Source of the DNA: Macrostomum lignano | Lineage: Eukaryota | Direction: 5' to 3' | Length of the DNA: 64,000 bases | Assembly (NCBI GenBank): GCA_002269645.1 | Contig: NIVC01000092.1 | Location: forward strand, 524,200 to 588,199 | In this document: in pieces, positions 11,614 through 25,184 of the stretch | Position numbering within the stretch: position 1 is the stretch's first letter | Layout: each line of letters opens with the position of its first letter | Program-made: the position numbers and the translations under genes | Notes under the pieces: generated by a model | Databases searched by the model: none | What the model saw: only the letters and a program-made list of their open reading frames with translations | What the model was told of the DNA's origin: nothing

Positions 11614-13664
11614 ATAATCCCTGCAATAATCCCTGGAAATCCTGAAATCCCTGTCAGACATCCTCAGATCCAAAACCCAAAACTCAACATGAGCTTTAAG
11701 CTGTTCAATTATCTAGTAAAAAAGATCAAGCAAGGACCACTATAGTAAAGGTAATGTTGCACATTGAAGATTCCTGTTTGAAACACCGTAAACTTCAAAA
11801 AAAACAACAAAACATAGCTACTGTTTTCAAATTTACGTAAAAACTAAATAAAGTAAGTTCAATTTAACAGGAATAATATAATAAAAAAAGCTTTTATACA
11901 ATAATAAACATTTACTTCTTATACACATTTTCAGCAAATTCGCGGAAGTTTACTGAGCTGACCCTGCCCGTTGTGAGTCGCTCACTCTGACATAATGGTT
12001 TAGCTGTCTTACTAATTTTAATTCCTGCTCTTGGAGCTCTCGTGTTGTGCTACTTACGTCAACTATGATCTGTGCATTAATTTTGAATGGATCCACTTTT
12101 AATATACTTAAACTAATGCTTTAATAATATTAAGGCAGGCGGGACCAAACAGGGTATAGGCCCTAACTCACACTTCTACAGGTTAATCTGCATGAATGAA
12201 ATAAAAATTGTAGGCCTACCTGGGGTATGCGCCTGAACTTCAAAAATAAAAAATCTTATTCCATAAACAAAAAATAAATTATCTAATGTTTATGTTGAAA
12301 ATTAAATGAATTCACCCACAGGCACAGGCTAAAGCCAAGGTCAAAGCCTCAAACTCAAAGCCCTCAAAGGCAAATTCTTACCTTTTAAATTTTGTCCAAA
12401 CTAATTCCAATGACTATGTACTTTTAAATTTTCTTTTAGCCAACATATAACTAGGCTCAACTAGTCATATGGTGTAGGCCCTTACTATATATATAATATA
12501 CTTTTGTGTTTAGTGATCTTGTCTACTATTTTTTTGTTTGCTAATAGATAAAACAACATTTTATAATATAGTGACCTAACTTTTTATAATTATAGCATAA
12601 TATAAGAGACAACAACTTTTTGCCAAATAAATAAGATCTAGGTCAGAACTAGCTATATAGAATAGGATAAACTTAGGAACTGGTTAGGGTCTACTTTATT
12701 AATAAGTCAGTTCAGTGACATTCATTTTAGTGACAGGTTATTTCAGTGCCAAATGTGTATAAGCATTATGTTGTGTTTGTTTAAAAGCTTTTATTTGTGT
12801 TTGTTAAATTTTAAAATTGGTTATATATTAGGCTTAATAAAACTGACTTAAAATTTTATACAAATATAAATCATCAGCTTTTTTATGTTTATATTTTTGT
12901 CTGAATTTCATTGGTAGAGCATCCAAAAAAGACTTGGCCAACTCCTGAATATAGACTACACATGTGATATTATATTAGACTACATAAGACATTGTTGGAT
13001 GCAAGAATTTCTCCCAAAAATAGCATCTTTGAAGTATAGACTATAGGTGACAAGGTAAATTTATAATTATAATACAATACAAGTGTATTTAGATTGATAA
13101 AACTCATTGAAAAAACATAGACAAAAGAATTATAGTTACTTTGATAATAGTAAAAAGTTTATATTGATAAAATACTTTAAATTTTTCAATTTTTTACTTC
13201 TTAAAGTTTATATTAATAAAGTACATTAGATTTTCTGATTCTTTTGAAATTTTCATCAGATACTTGATGGGGGGAATGCCCAAAATAATAAAAAGCAAAA
13301 AATCACCAAAAAACTATATTCAATAGTGATGCAACCTAGGTATATTAATCCTGTGGTGTCAATTAATTCAATAAAAATTCTTTCAATGAATTTTATATTT
13401 TAATAAAAATAAACATTTTTAAATAAAAACTGAAGTTAATGTGTTTTATGAATATAAAATTATTAAATCACAAGTAATATTAACAGTTATTAAATTATAG
13501 TGTACAGTGCATAAAATGACTTCATCAAATTTTATATTGAGTTTTGTTACAATGTAAAATAATTAACACATCGTGGTTTCCTCTTTTTTAAATTTGGCAC
13601 ATCCATGATGCACTGCTGGATAGTCATTGACCTTATTGGTAAGGTCCACCCCTTTTCCTTTAAG

Positions 13665-13930
13665 TCTAGAATTTATCAACACCTTTGTGAATAGGTCTCT
13701 AATCCTCTATTCAAGTTTGTCAATAAAATCAACCCCCATCAAGGATCCCCACCCTAACCCCCCCATTCCTTTGGTCATTGACCTTTTGATAGGCCCTAGG
13801 GTCTACCTATCCCCCCAAGTCTGAAATTTATCAACACCATCTTGAATAGGTCTCTATGCCTCTACTCAAGTTTATGTTGATAAAATCAACCCAATGAAGA
13901 ATTTCCCCACCCTAAAACCCCTATTCCCCA
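13665..13930. repeat. Degenerate direct duplication (about 105-bp segments, about 155 bp apart)
   Basis: AATTTATCAACACC...TGAATAGGTCTCTA...ATAAAATCAACCC...CCCCACCCTAA occurs twice. Confidence 0.7.
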
Positions 13931-15175
13931 TGCCCAAGTAGTTGGTTTTAAGCTACATATAGTTAGGTTGAAGCTACTAAAAAAGAAACTTAAATTTGAA
14001 ATCAGCACTATCAAAAACCTCTAAAGAAACTTAATTATGATCCTTTCAAAATTGCAACTAATTTATCAATATAAACTTAAAGAAGTCCTAGTTTGGTAAC
14101 AGGTTAGGCCCTACTTTGGTGCCAAATATGTGTATGTCATAGTCAGGAAGAAGGTATGTACATTAGAAATTTCCAGGGTATGCTCAAGAAATTGGGTATA
14201 TATGTTGGAGTACAAAAAGTGATTTTGGGCTTTTAGTGTATATGTTTAGTATTTTGGTATATAACAAATACCAAAAATTAAAAAATGTATATTATTAATA
14301 AGTCACAATAGTTGTCCATGCATATATAATGCTTATATAATAAAATTTTACAACTATTTAATGCAAAACAGACTTTTATATTTTTTACAAGATTTTGTTT
14401 TTGTTTGTTATATATGTGTTTTAAGTTTTTCAAGTTTGTCTAATTGAAATTAAATATCAAAATCACTCATCTAGTGGTAACATTTCAAAAATGACAATTT
14501 GGAGCTTTGTGTAAGGTAAATGCATTCAGCATACATCAAATTTGGTTATCTTTTTTTGTGGGGTATATAGTGTTCCAGACTATGGTGTATATAGAGCATT
14601 TACTTCATTATCCATTATTCATACATTTTTATGAGTATTTGTTTTTTATAAAGGTGACTGGAAACACATGCAGTTTTCCTTGTACACTCAAGAACATCAT
14701 CAAGTTCTCTAATATGTATTTCAAATTAGATTGCACAGAGTTTTTATTGCATCCATTGCATGAATTAAATGCCAATTGCATGTACATATGTCAAGTAAGC
14801 TGTGTATAGAATATAACATTAAGATCAATTCTCAGTTAACAATTTAAAATGTATTTAGAATATAATGTTAAGATAAAATCTGAGTATTTTGACCTAGGAT
14901 CCCAAATTGGCACCCAGTTTTTTCAGGCTGAATTCCATTTCCTTTTAAGCATCAGTTCCAAATGCTTTATTACTGTGAGCCAGAGGCTCAGCAGTGCAAA
15001 GGGTATCTAGTAGGCTACAGCCCCCAATTGATAGAGACATTGGTATTTTTCAGCCGATGCCATCTGGCATCCTAGGTTTTTGAATGGCACTGTGATTGTA
15101 TCGCCTGATAAAAATTCCATAATATGCATTGTCTCCACCGTTTGATGCTCTGAAGCATTAATCCAAGCTGCAAAA

Positions 15176-18100
15176 ATGACTATGCAAAGTCGCACCTCAA
15201 CAATAACATCGACCACTACCAGCGGTCACCTTAAATGGGACCCCAAAAATCTCGAAATTCGTACTAAAAGCGTCGAACGAACCCTGGAACCGTTGGTTAC
15301 CCAGGTAACTACGCTAATTAATTTTCGCGCCCCTAGCAACCGGCGCAAAGGCCGGTCCAAGCGGGCCATGGTGCTGGTGGCGGCGGTGCAGCAGGCCACG
15401 GAGGACTTCATTCGCAAGGGCCAGGAGATTGCCGACGAGAATCCGGACGTCCGGGCTGAAATGCTCACCGCTATTGAAGATGTTCGCCGAACTGGCGACG
15501 ACATGTACGCCGCCTCGAGCGAGTTCGCCGGGGAGCCCTGCTCGGCTAGCCGACGGGCCACTATGGTTCGAGCGGCTCGAGCCCTGCTCAGTGCGGTCAC
15601 GAGACTGCTCATTCTGGCCGATATGGTCGATGTGTACCTGCTGCTGCGCAGTCTGAGGATTGTGAGTTCGGTTATGTTAGCACAAAACTATTTTCACTGG
15701 GTTGTTAGGGTTGTTGGCGGACCAAACTATTGCATTGGGTTGTTGAGGACCGGCGGCCCAAACTATTGCATTGGGTTGTTGAGGACCGGCGGCCCAAACT
15801 ATTGCATTGGGTTGTTGAGGACCGGCGGCCCAAACTATTGCATTGGGTTGTTGAGGACCGGCGGCCCAAACTATTGCATTGGGTTGTTGAGGACCGGCGG
15901 CCCAAACTATTGCATTGGGTTGTTGAGGACCGGCGGCCCAAACTATTGCATTGGGTTGTTGAGGACCGGCGGCCCAAACTATTGCATTGGGTTGTTGAGG
16001 ACCGGCGGCCCAAACTATTGCATTGGGTTGTTGAGGACCGGCGGCCCAAACTATTGCATTGGGTTGTTGAGGACCGGCGGCCCAAACTATTGCATTGGGT
16101 TGTTGAGGACCGGCGGCCCAAACTATTGCATTGGGTTGTTGAGGACCAGCGGCCCAAACTAGACTGGGTTGTTTAGAACCAACGGAATTGTTTATTTACT
16201 TGTTTAATTATTTACCAAGCAGTCGCTTATCTTTAAATTATGTCACAGGTGGAGACGGACCTGGAGCACCTACGTGAGACATCTAACCAGAGCGACCTGA
16301 CTCGCTGCTTCGAGAGCTACGGCGATCACACTGTTGAATTGAACGAACGCGCCTGTCGCCGTCAGGTTGATCTGATTGATCCGCGCCGTCGCGACGAGAT
16401 CGCCGCCGCCAGGGCCACCCTGATGCGCATCAACCCCATGCTGCTGACCGCTTCTAAGGTTTGTTGCGTGCTTTGGATTTTGGAAGGCTATGGGATCTAA
16501 TATTGATGTTGTGGAATCTGATATTTAGGCTATGGGATCTGATATTGAGGCTGTGGGATCTGATATTGAGGCTGTGGGATCTGATTTTGAGGCTATGGGA
16601 TCTGATATTGAGGCTATGGGATCTGATTTTGAGGCTATGGGATCTGATTTTGAGGCTATGGGATCTGATATTGAGGCTATGGGATCTGATATTGAGGCTA
16701 TGGGATCTGATTTTGAGGCTATGGGATCTGATTTTGAGGCTATGGGATCTGATTTTGAGGCTATGGGATCTGATTTTGAGGCTATGGGATCTGATATTGA
16801 GGCTATGGAATCTGATATTTAGGCTATGGGATCTGATATTGAGGCTATGGGATCTAATATTGAGGCTATGGGATCTGATTTTGAGGCTATGGGATCTGAT
16901 ATTGAGGCTATGGGATCTGGTATTGAGGCTATGGGATCTGATTTTGATGCTTTGGGATCTGATATTGATGCTTTGGAATCTGATATTGATGCTATGAGAT
17001 CTGATATTGATGCTTTGGAATCTGATATTGATGCTATGGGATCTGATATTGAGGCTATGGAATCTGATATTGATGCTATGAGATCTGATATTGATGCTAT
17101 GGGGTCTGATATTGATGCTATGGGATCTGGTATTGATGCTTTGGGATCTGATATTGATGCTATGGGATCTGATATTGAGGCTATGGAATCTGATATTGAT
17201 GCTATGAGATCTGATATTGATGCTACGGGATCTGATATTGATGCTACGGGATCTGATATTGAGGCTACTGAGGCTAATTAGTTTCAGTTTTTAGGTCATA
17301 GCACGAGTATCTCTAATGATTCAAATCTCTAGCCCCACGCCTTCACTGCAGGTGTACATCCGCCACCCGGATCTTGGCTCGGCCGTTGAGAATCGCGACT
17401 TCGCTTTCCAACAGGTGGCCGACGCAATCAACATAATTAGCGGGGCCACCCAGGCCACTGGCAGTTCGGAGCCCCTCGAGTACGAGGGACCTGGCGAGCT
17501 GGCAGCCGCGTTGGAGGAATTCGAGAAAAAGGTTTGAATGAGTTTAATTCGGGATCTGAGCTTGAGGTTTATGGGGATGAGATTGGGGTTTTTATGGATC
17601 TGAGCTTGAGGTTTATGGGGATGAGATTGGGGTTTTTAGGGATCTGAGCTTGAGGTTTATGGGGACGAGATTGGGCTTTATGGGGATCTGAGATTGGGGT
17701 TTATGGGGATCTGAGATTGGGGTTTATGAGGATCTGATATTGGCGTACGGGGATCTGAGCTTGAAAATTAAGATTACTAGGGATCTGAGGTTGGGAATAA
17801 TGAGTATCTGGGCTTGAGATATGAATAATTGGAAATCTGAGCTTGGAGTTAATGGTAGTTAGAGATTGACAATAATAGGGATCTGAGTAGCAGATTATTG
17901 AGGACCTGAGCATCAGATTAATGAGGATCTGAGCATCAGATTAATGAGGATCTGAGCATCAGATTAATGAGGATCTAAGCATCAGATTAATGAGGATCTG
18001 AGCATCAGATTAATGAGGATCTAAGCATCAGATTAATGGAGATTTAAGCATCAGATTAATGGGGATCTGAACTTAAGATTAGTTTTTATCTGAGATTGAG

Positions 18101-18556
18101 GTTAGTCGGAATCTGAGCTTAGGGTTAATAGGATCAGCAGAGCTACCTTCTCCATATCCCAGGTGCTGATCGATCCGCACGAATACGTGGAAAGCCGGGT
18201 CCGGCCATTCCTAGAGGAGCGCCTGGAGCACATCATCAGCGGCGCCGCCCTGCTGGCCGACAGCCCGTGCACCCGGCCGGACAGGCGCGATCGGATTGTC
18301 GGCCAGTGTCAGTCGGTGCGCCAGGCTCTGCAGGATCTGCTGTCCGAGCTTGGCCGAAGCGCCGGCCGGCCGGACAGATCGCAGGCTTTGAACGAATCCG
18401 TGCGCAGCTTGCTTAACGGCACCGACCGGCTGCGGCACGAGCTGCGGCAGGCCGTTGTGGATCACGTGTCCGACAACTATCTGGGCGTTGAAGGCCCGCT
18501 GGACATGATTCTCAATGCTGCGCGCGAGGGCAAGGAGGCCCAGGTTAGTGGCTTAC

Positions 18557-18589
<33 letters not shown>

Positions 18590-18754
18590 AAAAACAGACA
18601 GAAAGACAGACAGACAGACAGGCAGACAGACAGACAGACAGGCAGGCAGACAGACAGACAGACAAACAAGACAGACAGACAGGCAGACAGACGCTAAGAC
18701 AGACAGACAGACAGACAGAGACAGACGCTAAGACAGACAGACAGACAGACGCTA

Positions 18755-18789
<35 letters not shown>

Positions 18790-21700
18790 GACATCTCCCA
18801 TCTCATACCTACAGGTAGAAGCCCTGGCCATCTTGTTCCACGAGCACGTGACCAAGCTGACGGAGGTTGGCCAGCTCGCCTGCTCAATGAGCAGCGAGGA
18901 CTCGGTGAAACTCGTCCGCAAAGCCGCCGGCCAGGTGGACCTGATCAGCGCCGAGGTGCTCAACGCCGCCCGGTCCCTGTCTCTCCGTCCGCAGTCGCGC
19001 GTTGCCCAAGAGAATCTCGAAGTGTTTGTCGGCGCCTGGCGCGACGCCATCGACCTGCTGACCCTGGCGGTTGACGAGATCACCAACATTGAAGACTTCC
19101 TGGCCGTGTCCGAGGGCCACATCTGGGAGGATGTGCAGATGTGTTTGCAAGCTGCCTCGGAGTCTAAGCCAGGTGAATACCGAAAATATGAGTCTTCTCT
19201 TATTGATTGTATTTTAATCAAAAGAGACGAGTTTTGAACAGCTTGGCTTGCAGTCTGAGGGAGGGAGAGTGGCAGAGCTTGGAATTGCGGGCGATCCGAT
19301 TAATTTGACTTTTATCGTCTAAGGCCGAAAGCAGCTTGTTGAGGACTAACCCCAAAGGCACACAAAGAATTGCCGTCAGCGCTAGTTTGTGGGACAATAT
19401 CGCCGAAGTCGTTGCACCAGGGTGCCCGCAGCCTTCCTGCGAACGTTATCATTATGGATGAAGGAGTACTATGGACTACTTATCTGCAATGTATGTGGCC
19501 ACAATGATCCAAGATCTCAGAAGAGTATCTCTGAATGAATATCTATCATTCATGTGAATATCTACCTTTGTGGTAATGAGATTTTTTTAAGAAATTCATA
19601 CTTTTAGTAGCGAAAATCCAAAGGTAATCCTAAAATACGAGATGCATGAACTGCATAAAGCAGTGCATGAACTACAGACTTGACAGTAGTACATGACACA
19701 GCATAAGCCCGTTGAAAACGTTACCGTGACAAGAATTGCTATCAGATAGAGTCACTGTAAACAGCTCACTAGTGACTCTAGCGGCTCTGGAATCACTCTT
19801 GTGACTTTTTAACGGCTCAAACAACTGTTAAGTCACGAGTTGTAGACTCTTAAAATTCGTCCAAGAGTTGTTGATGTTAGCGCTTAACTTTCTACTGACT
19901 CAGTAGTCTAAATAGAGTTGTTAAAAAATGCGTAATTCAAATCTACTCTTTTGACGCAACTCAGTGATTCTACAGTAACGACTCAGATACGACTCTACGG
20001 CGCCAGAGTCATTATAGAAACGCCTCAGATGCGACTCTTCGGCGCCAGAGTCTTTATAGAAACGCCTCAGATGCGACTCTACGGCGCCAGAGTCATTATA
20101 GAAACGCCTCAGATACGACTCTACGGCGCCAGAGTCATTATAGAAACGCCTCAGATGCGACTCTTCGGCGCCAGAGTCTTTATAGAAACGCCTCAGATGC
20201 GACTCTACGGCGCCAGAGTCATTATAGAAACGCCTCAGATGCGACTCTACGGCGCCAGAGTCATTATAGAAACGCCTCAGATACGACTCTACGGCGCCAG
20301 AGTCATTATAGAAACGCCTCAGATGCGACTCTACGACGCCAGAGTCATTATAGAAACGCCTCAGATGCGACTCTACGGCGCCAGAGTCATTATAGAAACG
20401 CCTCAGATACGACTCTACGGCGCCAGAGTCATTATAGAAACGCCTCAGATGCGACTCTACGACGCCAGAGTCATTATAGAAACGCCTCAGATGCGACTCT
20501 ACGGCGCCAGAGTCATTATAGAAACGCCTCAGATGCGACTCTACGACGCCAGAGTCATTATAGAAACGCCTCAGATGCGACTCTACGGCGCCAGAGTCAT
20601 TATAGAAACGCCTCAGATGCGACTCTACGACGCCAGAGTCATTATAGAAACGCCTCAGATACAACTCTTCGGCGCCAGAGTCATTATAGAAACGCCTCAG
20701 ATGCGACTCTACGGCGCCAGAGTCATTATAGAAACGCCTCAGATGCGACTCTACGGCGCCAGAGTCATTATAGAAACGCCTCAGATGCGACTCTACGACG
20801 CCAGAGTCATTATAGAAACGCCTCAGATGCGACTCTACGGCGCCAGAGTCATTATAGAAACGCCTCAGATACAACTCTTCGGCGCCAGAGTCATTAAATA
20901 AACGCCTCAGATGCGACTCTACGGCGCCAAAGTAATTATAGAAACGCCTCAGATGTGACTCTACGGCGCCAGAGTCATTATAGAAACGCCTCAGATACAA
21001 CTCTTCGGCGCCAGAGTCATTATAGAAACGCCTCAGATACAACTCTTCGGCGCCAGAGTCATTATAGAAACGCCTCAGATGCGACTCTACGGCGCCAGAG
21101 TCATTATAGAAACGCCTCAGATGCGACTCTACGGCGCCAGAGTCATTATAGAAACGCCTCAGATACGACTCTACGGCGCCAGAGTCATTATAGAAACGCC
21201 TCAGATGCGACTCTACGGCGCCAGAGTCTTTATAGAAACGCCTCAGATGCGACTCTACGGCGCCAGAGTCATTATAGAAACGCCTCAGAGTTGCAAATTT
21301 TCAAAAGCCTCAAATTAACGCTTTTTAAACTTTTGGTGACCTGTACCGTGACATCTCGTCGTTAATTAGAGTCGTCTTATAGAGTCATTTCTTTCCTATT
21401 TTACCTGTGTTACATGAGATGAGTCTGGGGCTACGCAATTGACTCTGGGACGCTACTTGGTCTCGGTACCTTCTCAGAACCACATGATGAAGCATTAATG
21501 AATTACCTTTCGTCCGACTTCAGGCGAGGTGCACAAATCTGCTCACAGCATCCGCGGTCGAAGCGGTCGCGTATGCGACGTTGTTGTAGCCGAGATGGCC
21601 TCCTACGAGCCGGGGCCCTACGTTGACCGGGTGAACGAAGCGGTCACGGTGCTACGCGATCGGGTCATTCCGCACTTTGCTGACACAACTGACAACTGCG

Positions 21701-24700
21701 TCAACTCGATGAGCAATCGCGGCGGCCGCTATAACGAAGCCGAATTGCGCGACGTTGCCAACCGGGTGTACGAGAGCGTGCGCGACGTTCGACGGGCTGT
21801 TGTGCACCGCGTTGACGAGTCGCAATTTCCCGGCAGCTACGGCAGCAGAGACAGGCTTGGTGGCATGTTTGACACCTTGCGACACGCCAGCACCGGCAGC
21901 GGGGCCGCTCAGGACCACGGACAGGTAAATATTGTTATATAACTTTTAAGTATACCATAGAAAAATTGCAGGACACCTTTGGTTAAGTAAGCTAGATGTA
22001 CTTTTGATTTCTTAGACAGGATGCATCTAAAGTTTTAAGGGCAAGATGTACTTTTAGTTTCCTGGACAAGGTTCACTTTTGATTTCTTAGACAGGATGCA
22101 TCTAAAGTTTTAAGGGCAAGATGTACTTTTAGTTTCCTGGACAAGGTTCACTTTTGATTTCTTAGACAGGATGCATCTAAAGTTTTAAAAACAAGATGAA
22201 CTTTTAGTTACCTGGAAAAGGTGTACTTTTGATTTCTTAGACAGGATGCATCTAAAGTTTTAAAAACAAGATGAACTTTTAGTTACCTGGACAAGGTGTA
22301 CTTTTGAGTTCTTAGACAGAATGCATCTAAAGTTTTAAGGACAAGATGTACTTTTAGTTACCTGGACAGGGTATACTTTTAGTTTCCTGGACAAGGTGTA
22401 CTTTTGAGTTCTTAGACAGAATGCATCTAAAGTTTTAAGGACAAGATGTACTTTTAGTTACCTGGACAAGATGTACTTTTGATTTCTTAGACAGGATGCA
22501 TCTTAGGTTTTAAGGACAATATGTACTTTTAGTTTCAAGGACAAGATGTACTTTTAGTTACCTGGACAAGATGTACTTTTGGTTTCTAGGACACAATGCA
22601 CTTTTAGTTTACAGGACAAACTGCAAGTTTATAGCACACAATGCGTTTTTTGGTTTCTGAAAAAGTTGTCATTGATGTTGTTATTGTAAGTTGTAATTGA
22701 AACAAAAGGTATACCTTGAGGTTTGTGGGACAGGGTGCATCAGATTTTTTTCAGAACAAGTTGTACCTTTGATTTTTTGGACGGCTTCCAGTTCATCTAA
22801 GTGATTTAAAGACATTTTTGTAGCTAATCAAGGGTTATAATAAAGGTTTCTATGAATCAGTGTTTCTTCAGACCCTGTACCGTAAAGCTTTTTCTTACAA
22901 TGTCTCAAATAGCCTACTAACAGTAGGTTACCCGCGCATTCGAGTGGATTATTTTATCTTTCAAAGTATTATTATTCGCCCTTTTTATCGAAAAAAAGGA
23001 CAACGAATTTGACTGGCAGTGCAGCTACTACCCGGATTATGATGTGAGCCTGGCTGATCGACGCTGGATTAACTCGTGTTTTAGAAATGTTTTTACTGCG
23101 TACATTTTCTATTAGTCAGATTTCATTGTTCACTACTCAGCGAGTGTGTGAAGTTAAGAGAAGAATGAATCTGACAGTTCATTAATGCGGACTTTTTGCT
23201 TATTTTGATTCGTTTTCAATTTGATCACATTACTTTCACAGATTTGCGCATGCATTTCAAACTGTACTCATGTGTAAGTGTATATGCTTCATCTGCTTGT
23301 GCTGAAGAAGAACATGCATATTAAATAGATTGGATAGAAGAATGACGGACAAGTAGCTCTTAAGAGAAAGGAAGAGAAAGTGTGAGATGCAAGAAACAGA
23401 CAGACCAGGGATTTGGGAAGGTTTTGAAAATACATATCGTCATATCATCTTCATACATATGTGAGGTATTGAGAGAGACAGGTGAGATCTGTCAGACACG
23501 GAGATTGAGCTGATTGACAGATGAGAGAGACAGGTGAGATCTGTGAGACACTGGATTGACATGGTTGACAGATGAGAGAGACAGGTGAGATTTGAGACAC
23601 GGAGATTGAACTGATTGACAGATAAGAGACAGGTGAGATCTGTGAGATACGGAGATTGAACTGATTGACAGATGAGTGCTGTGAGACACTGAGATGGAGT
23701 TGATTGACAGGTGAGAGCTGTAAGACACAGAGATTGAGTTGATTGACGGGTTAGAGCTGTGAGACACAGAGATTGAGTTGATTGACGGGTTAGAGCAGTG
23801 AGACACAGAGATTGAGTTGATTGACAGGTGAGAGCTGTGAGACACAGAGATTGAGTTGATTGACGGGTTAGAGCAGTGAGACACAGAGATTGAGTTGATT
23901 GACAGGTGAGAGCTGTGAGACACGGTGATGGAGTTGATTGACAGGTAAGCGCTATGAGACACAGAGATTGAGTTGATTGACAGGTGAGAGCTGTGAGACA
24001 CGGAGATTGAGTTGATTGACAGGTAAGCGCTGTGAGACACGGAGATTGAGGTGATTGACGGGTTAGAGCTGTGAGACACAGAGATTGAGTTGATTGGGAA
24101 ATATTCGGAGCAGAGCATGTTGCCCACAATGAATTACCTGAGCGCCATCAATCAACCATCACCGCGCAGGAGAATGTCATCGAAGAAGTTGATGACGAGA
24201 ACAACCAGCGCCGCCTGATGGCTATGCTGCCAGCCCAGGAGCGCGAGCGGATTAGCGAAGAAATTAACCACTTTATTGAGGAGAGGCAGAAGCTGCTGCG
24301 CGAGACGGTGAAATGGGACGATTCGGCCAACGAGATTGTTGTCCTGGCCAAGCAGATGTGCCTCATCATGATGGAGATGACGGATTTCACTCGGGGTCGG
24401 GGACCTCTAAAAAGCACAATGGACGTGATTAAGGCGGCTAAACGAATCTCGGACTGCGGACAGAAGCTGGACAAGCTGGCCAAAGCGGTGGCCGACGAGT
24501 GTCCGGATTCGAACACGAAGAACGATTTGCTGGCTTACCTACAGCGGATCACCCTGTACTGCCACCAGCTGAACATCACCAGCAACGTGAAGGTGAACGT
24601 GCAGAGCGCCGCCGGTGGCGAACTGATTGTGTCTGGATTAGACAGCGCCACGTCGTTAATCCAGGCTGCCAAGAATCTGATCATAGCCGTAGTGCTGGTT

Positions 24701-24949
24701 GTGAAGGCCAGCTATATTGCTAGCACTCAATACAAGCGCGGCCCCGGCCAGCGTGCCGTTGTTCAGTGGCGCATGCGGGCCCCTGGCAAGAAGCAGCTGT
24801 ACTCGCCAGCTGTACAGGACGACTTCGGCGTGATCGGCGGCGGCCCGGACGGCGGCCTGATGAGGCACGGCTCGCACGGCCAGGACACGTCTCAGCCGTT
24901 GCGCGAGCTGGCCGACTTCGACCAGGGCCAGGATGAGACCTTCGCTTAG
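15176..24949 (+). CDS. CTNNA: Alpha-catenin (vinculin/alpha-catenin family), 7 coding exons, about 931 aa
   Basis: join(15176..15661,16249..16458,17352..17531,18163..18543,18815..19172,21524..21924,24170..24949). All junctions are GT-AG and phase-consistent. Hallmarks include LKWDPKNLEIRTKSVERTLEPLVTQVTTL, AARALLSAVTRLLILAD, WDDSANEIVVLAKQMCLIMMEMTDFTRGRGPLK and LDSATSLIQAAKNL. Confidence 0.97.
15724..16161. repeat. Intronic minisatellite, 36-bp unit (AACTATTGCATTGGGTTGTTGAGGACCGGCGGCCCA), about 12 near-identical copies
   Basis: Alpha-catenin intron 1. Confidence 0.97.
16490..17275. repeat. Intronic minisatellite, 21-bp unit (GGGATCTGATATTGAGGCTAT), about 37 copies
   Basis: Alpha-catenin intron 2. 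Confidence 0.97.
17550..18125. repeat. Degenerate GGGATCTGAG-based repeats, including a 21-bp GATCTGAGCATCAGATTAATG run
   Basis: Alpha-catenin intron 3. Confidence 0.85.
18558..18790. repeat. (CAGA)n microsatellite
   Basis: Fills most of alpha-catenin intron 4. Confidence 0.97.
19985..21288. repeat. Intronic minisatellite, 42-bp unit with internal inverted repeat GACTCT-ACGGCGCC-AGAGTC, about 31 copies
   Basis: Alpha-catenin intron 5; no spacers between units. Confidence 0.97.
21995..22620. repeat. Intronic minisatellite, 25-bp subunits in a 75-bp higher-order repeat
   Basis: ACTTTTGATTTCTTAGACAGGATGC recurs at 22000, 22075 and onward; alpha-catenin intron 6. Confidence 0.9.
23470..24095. 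repeat. Intronic minisatellite, about 39-bp unit (GAGAGCTGTGAGACACAGAGATTGAGTTGATTGACAGGT)
   Basis: Alpha-catenin intron 6, 3' part. Confidence 0.93.
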
Positions 24950-25184
24950 TGTCGGCGTCCAGCTTTTTTAATCGAAACAACTGACTAACTGTTTGGTGAA
25001 TCTTTTTCTAACAATGTTATTTATCTCGTATAAAAAACAGAATTGTTTTGTTACCGAAATGTTTACCGTTTGAATGCTATGTTTTTTTATTGTTTTCATA
25101 TCGATAATTGTACTACCTGGTTACTACGACGAGCGCGCCAGTTTGATTAGTGGTAGAGATTCGCTTAGGTCAGGGGAAGGGGGT

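Noticed and set aside
19985-21288. Palindromic 42-bp repeats resembling a CRISPR array
   Set aside because: Units abut with no unique spacers, there are no cas genes, and the array lies in a eukaryotic intron.
24656-24980. Antisense ORFs over exons of alpha-catenin, DDX18 and NAA25
   Set aside because: These are shadows of GC-rich coding sequence with no independent motifs.
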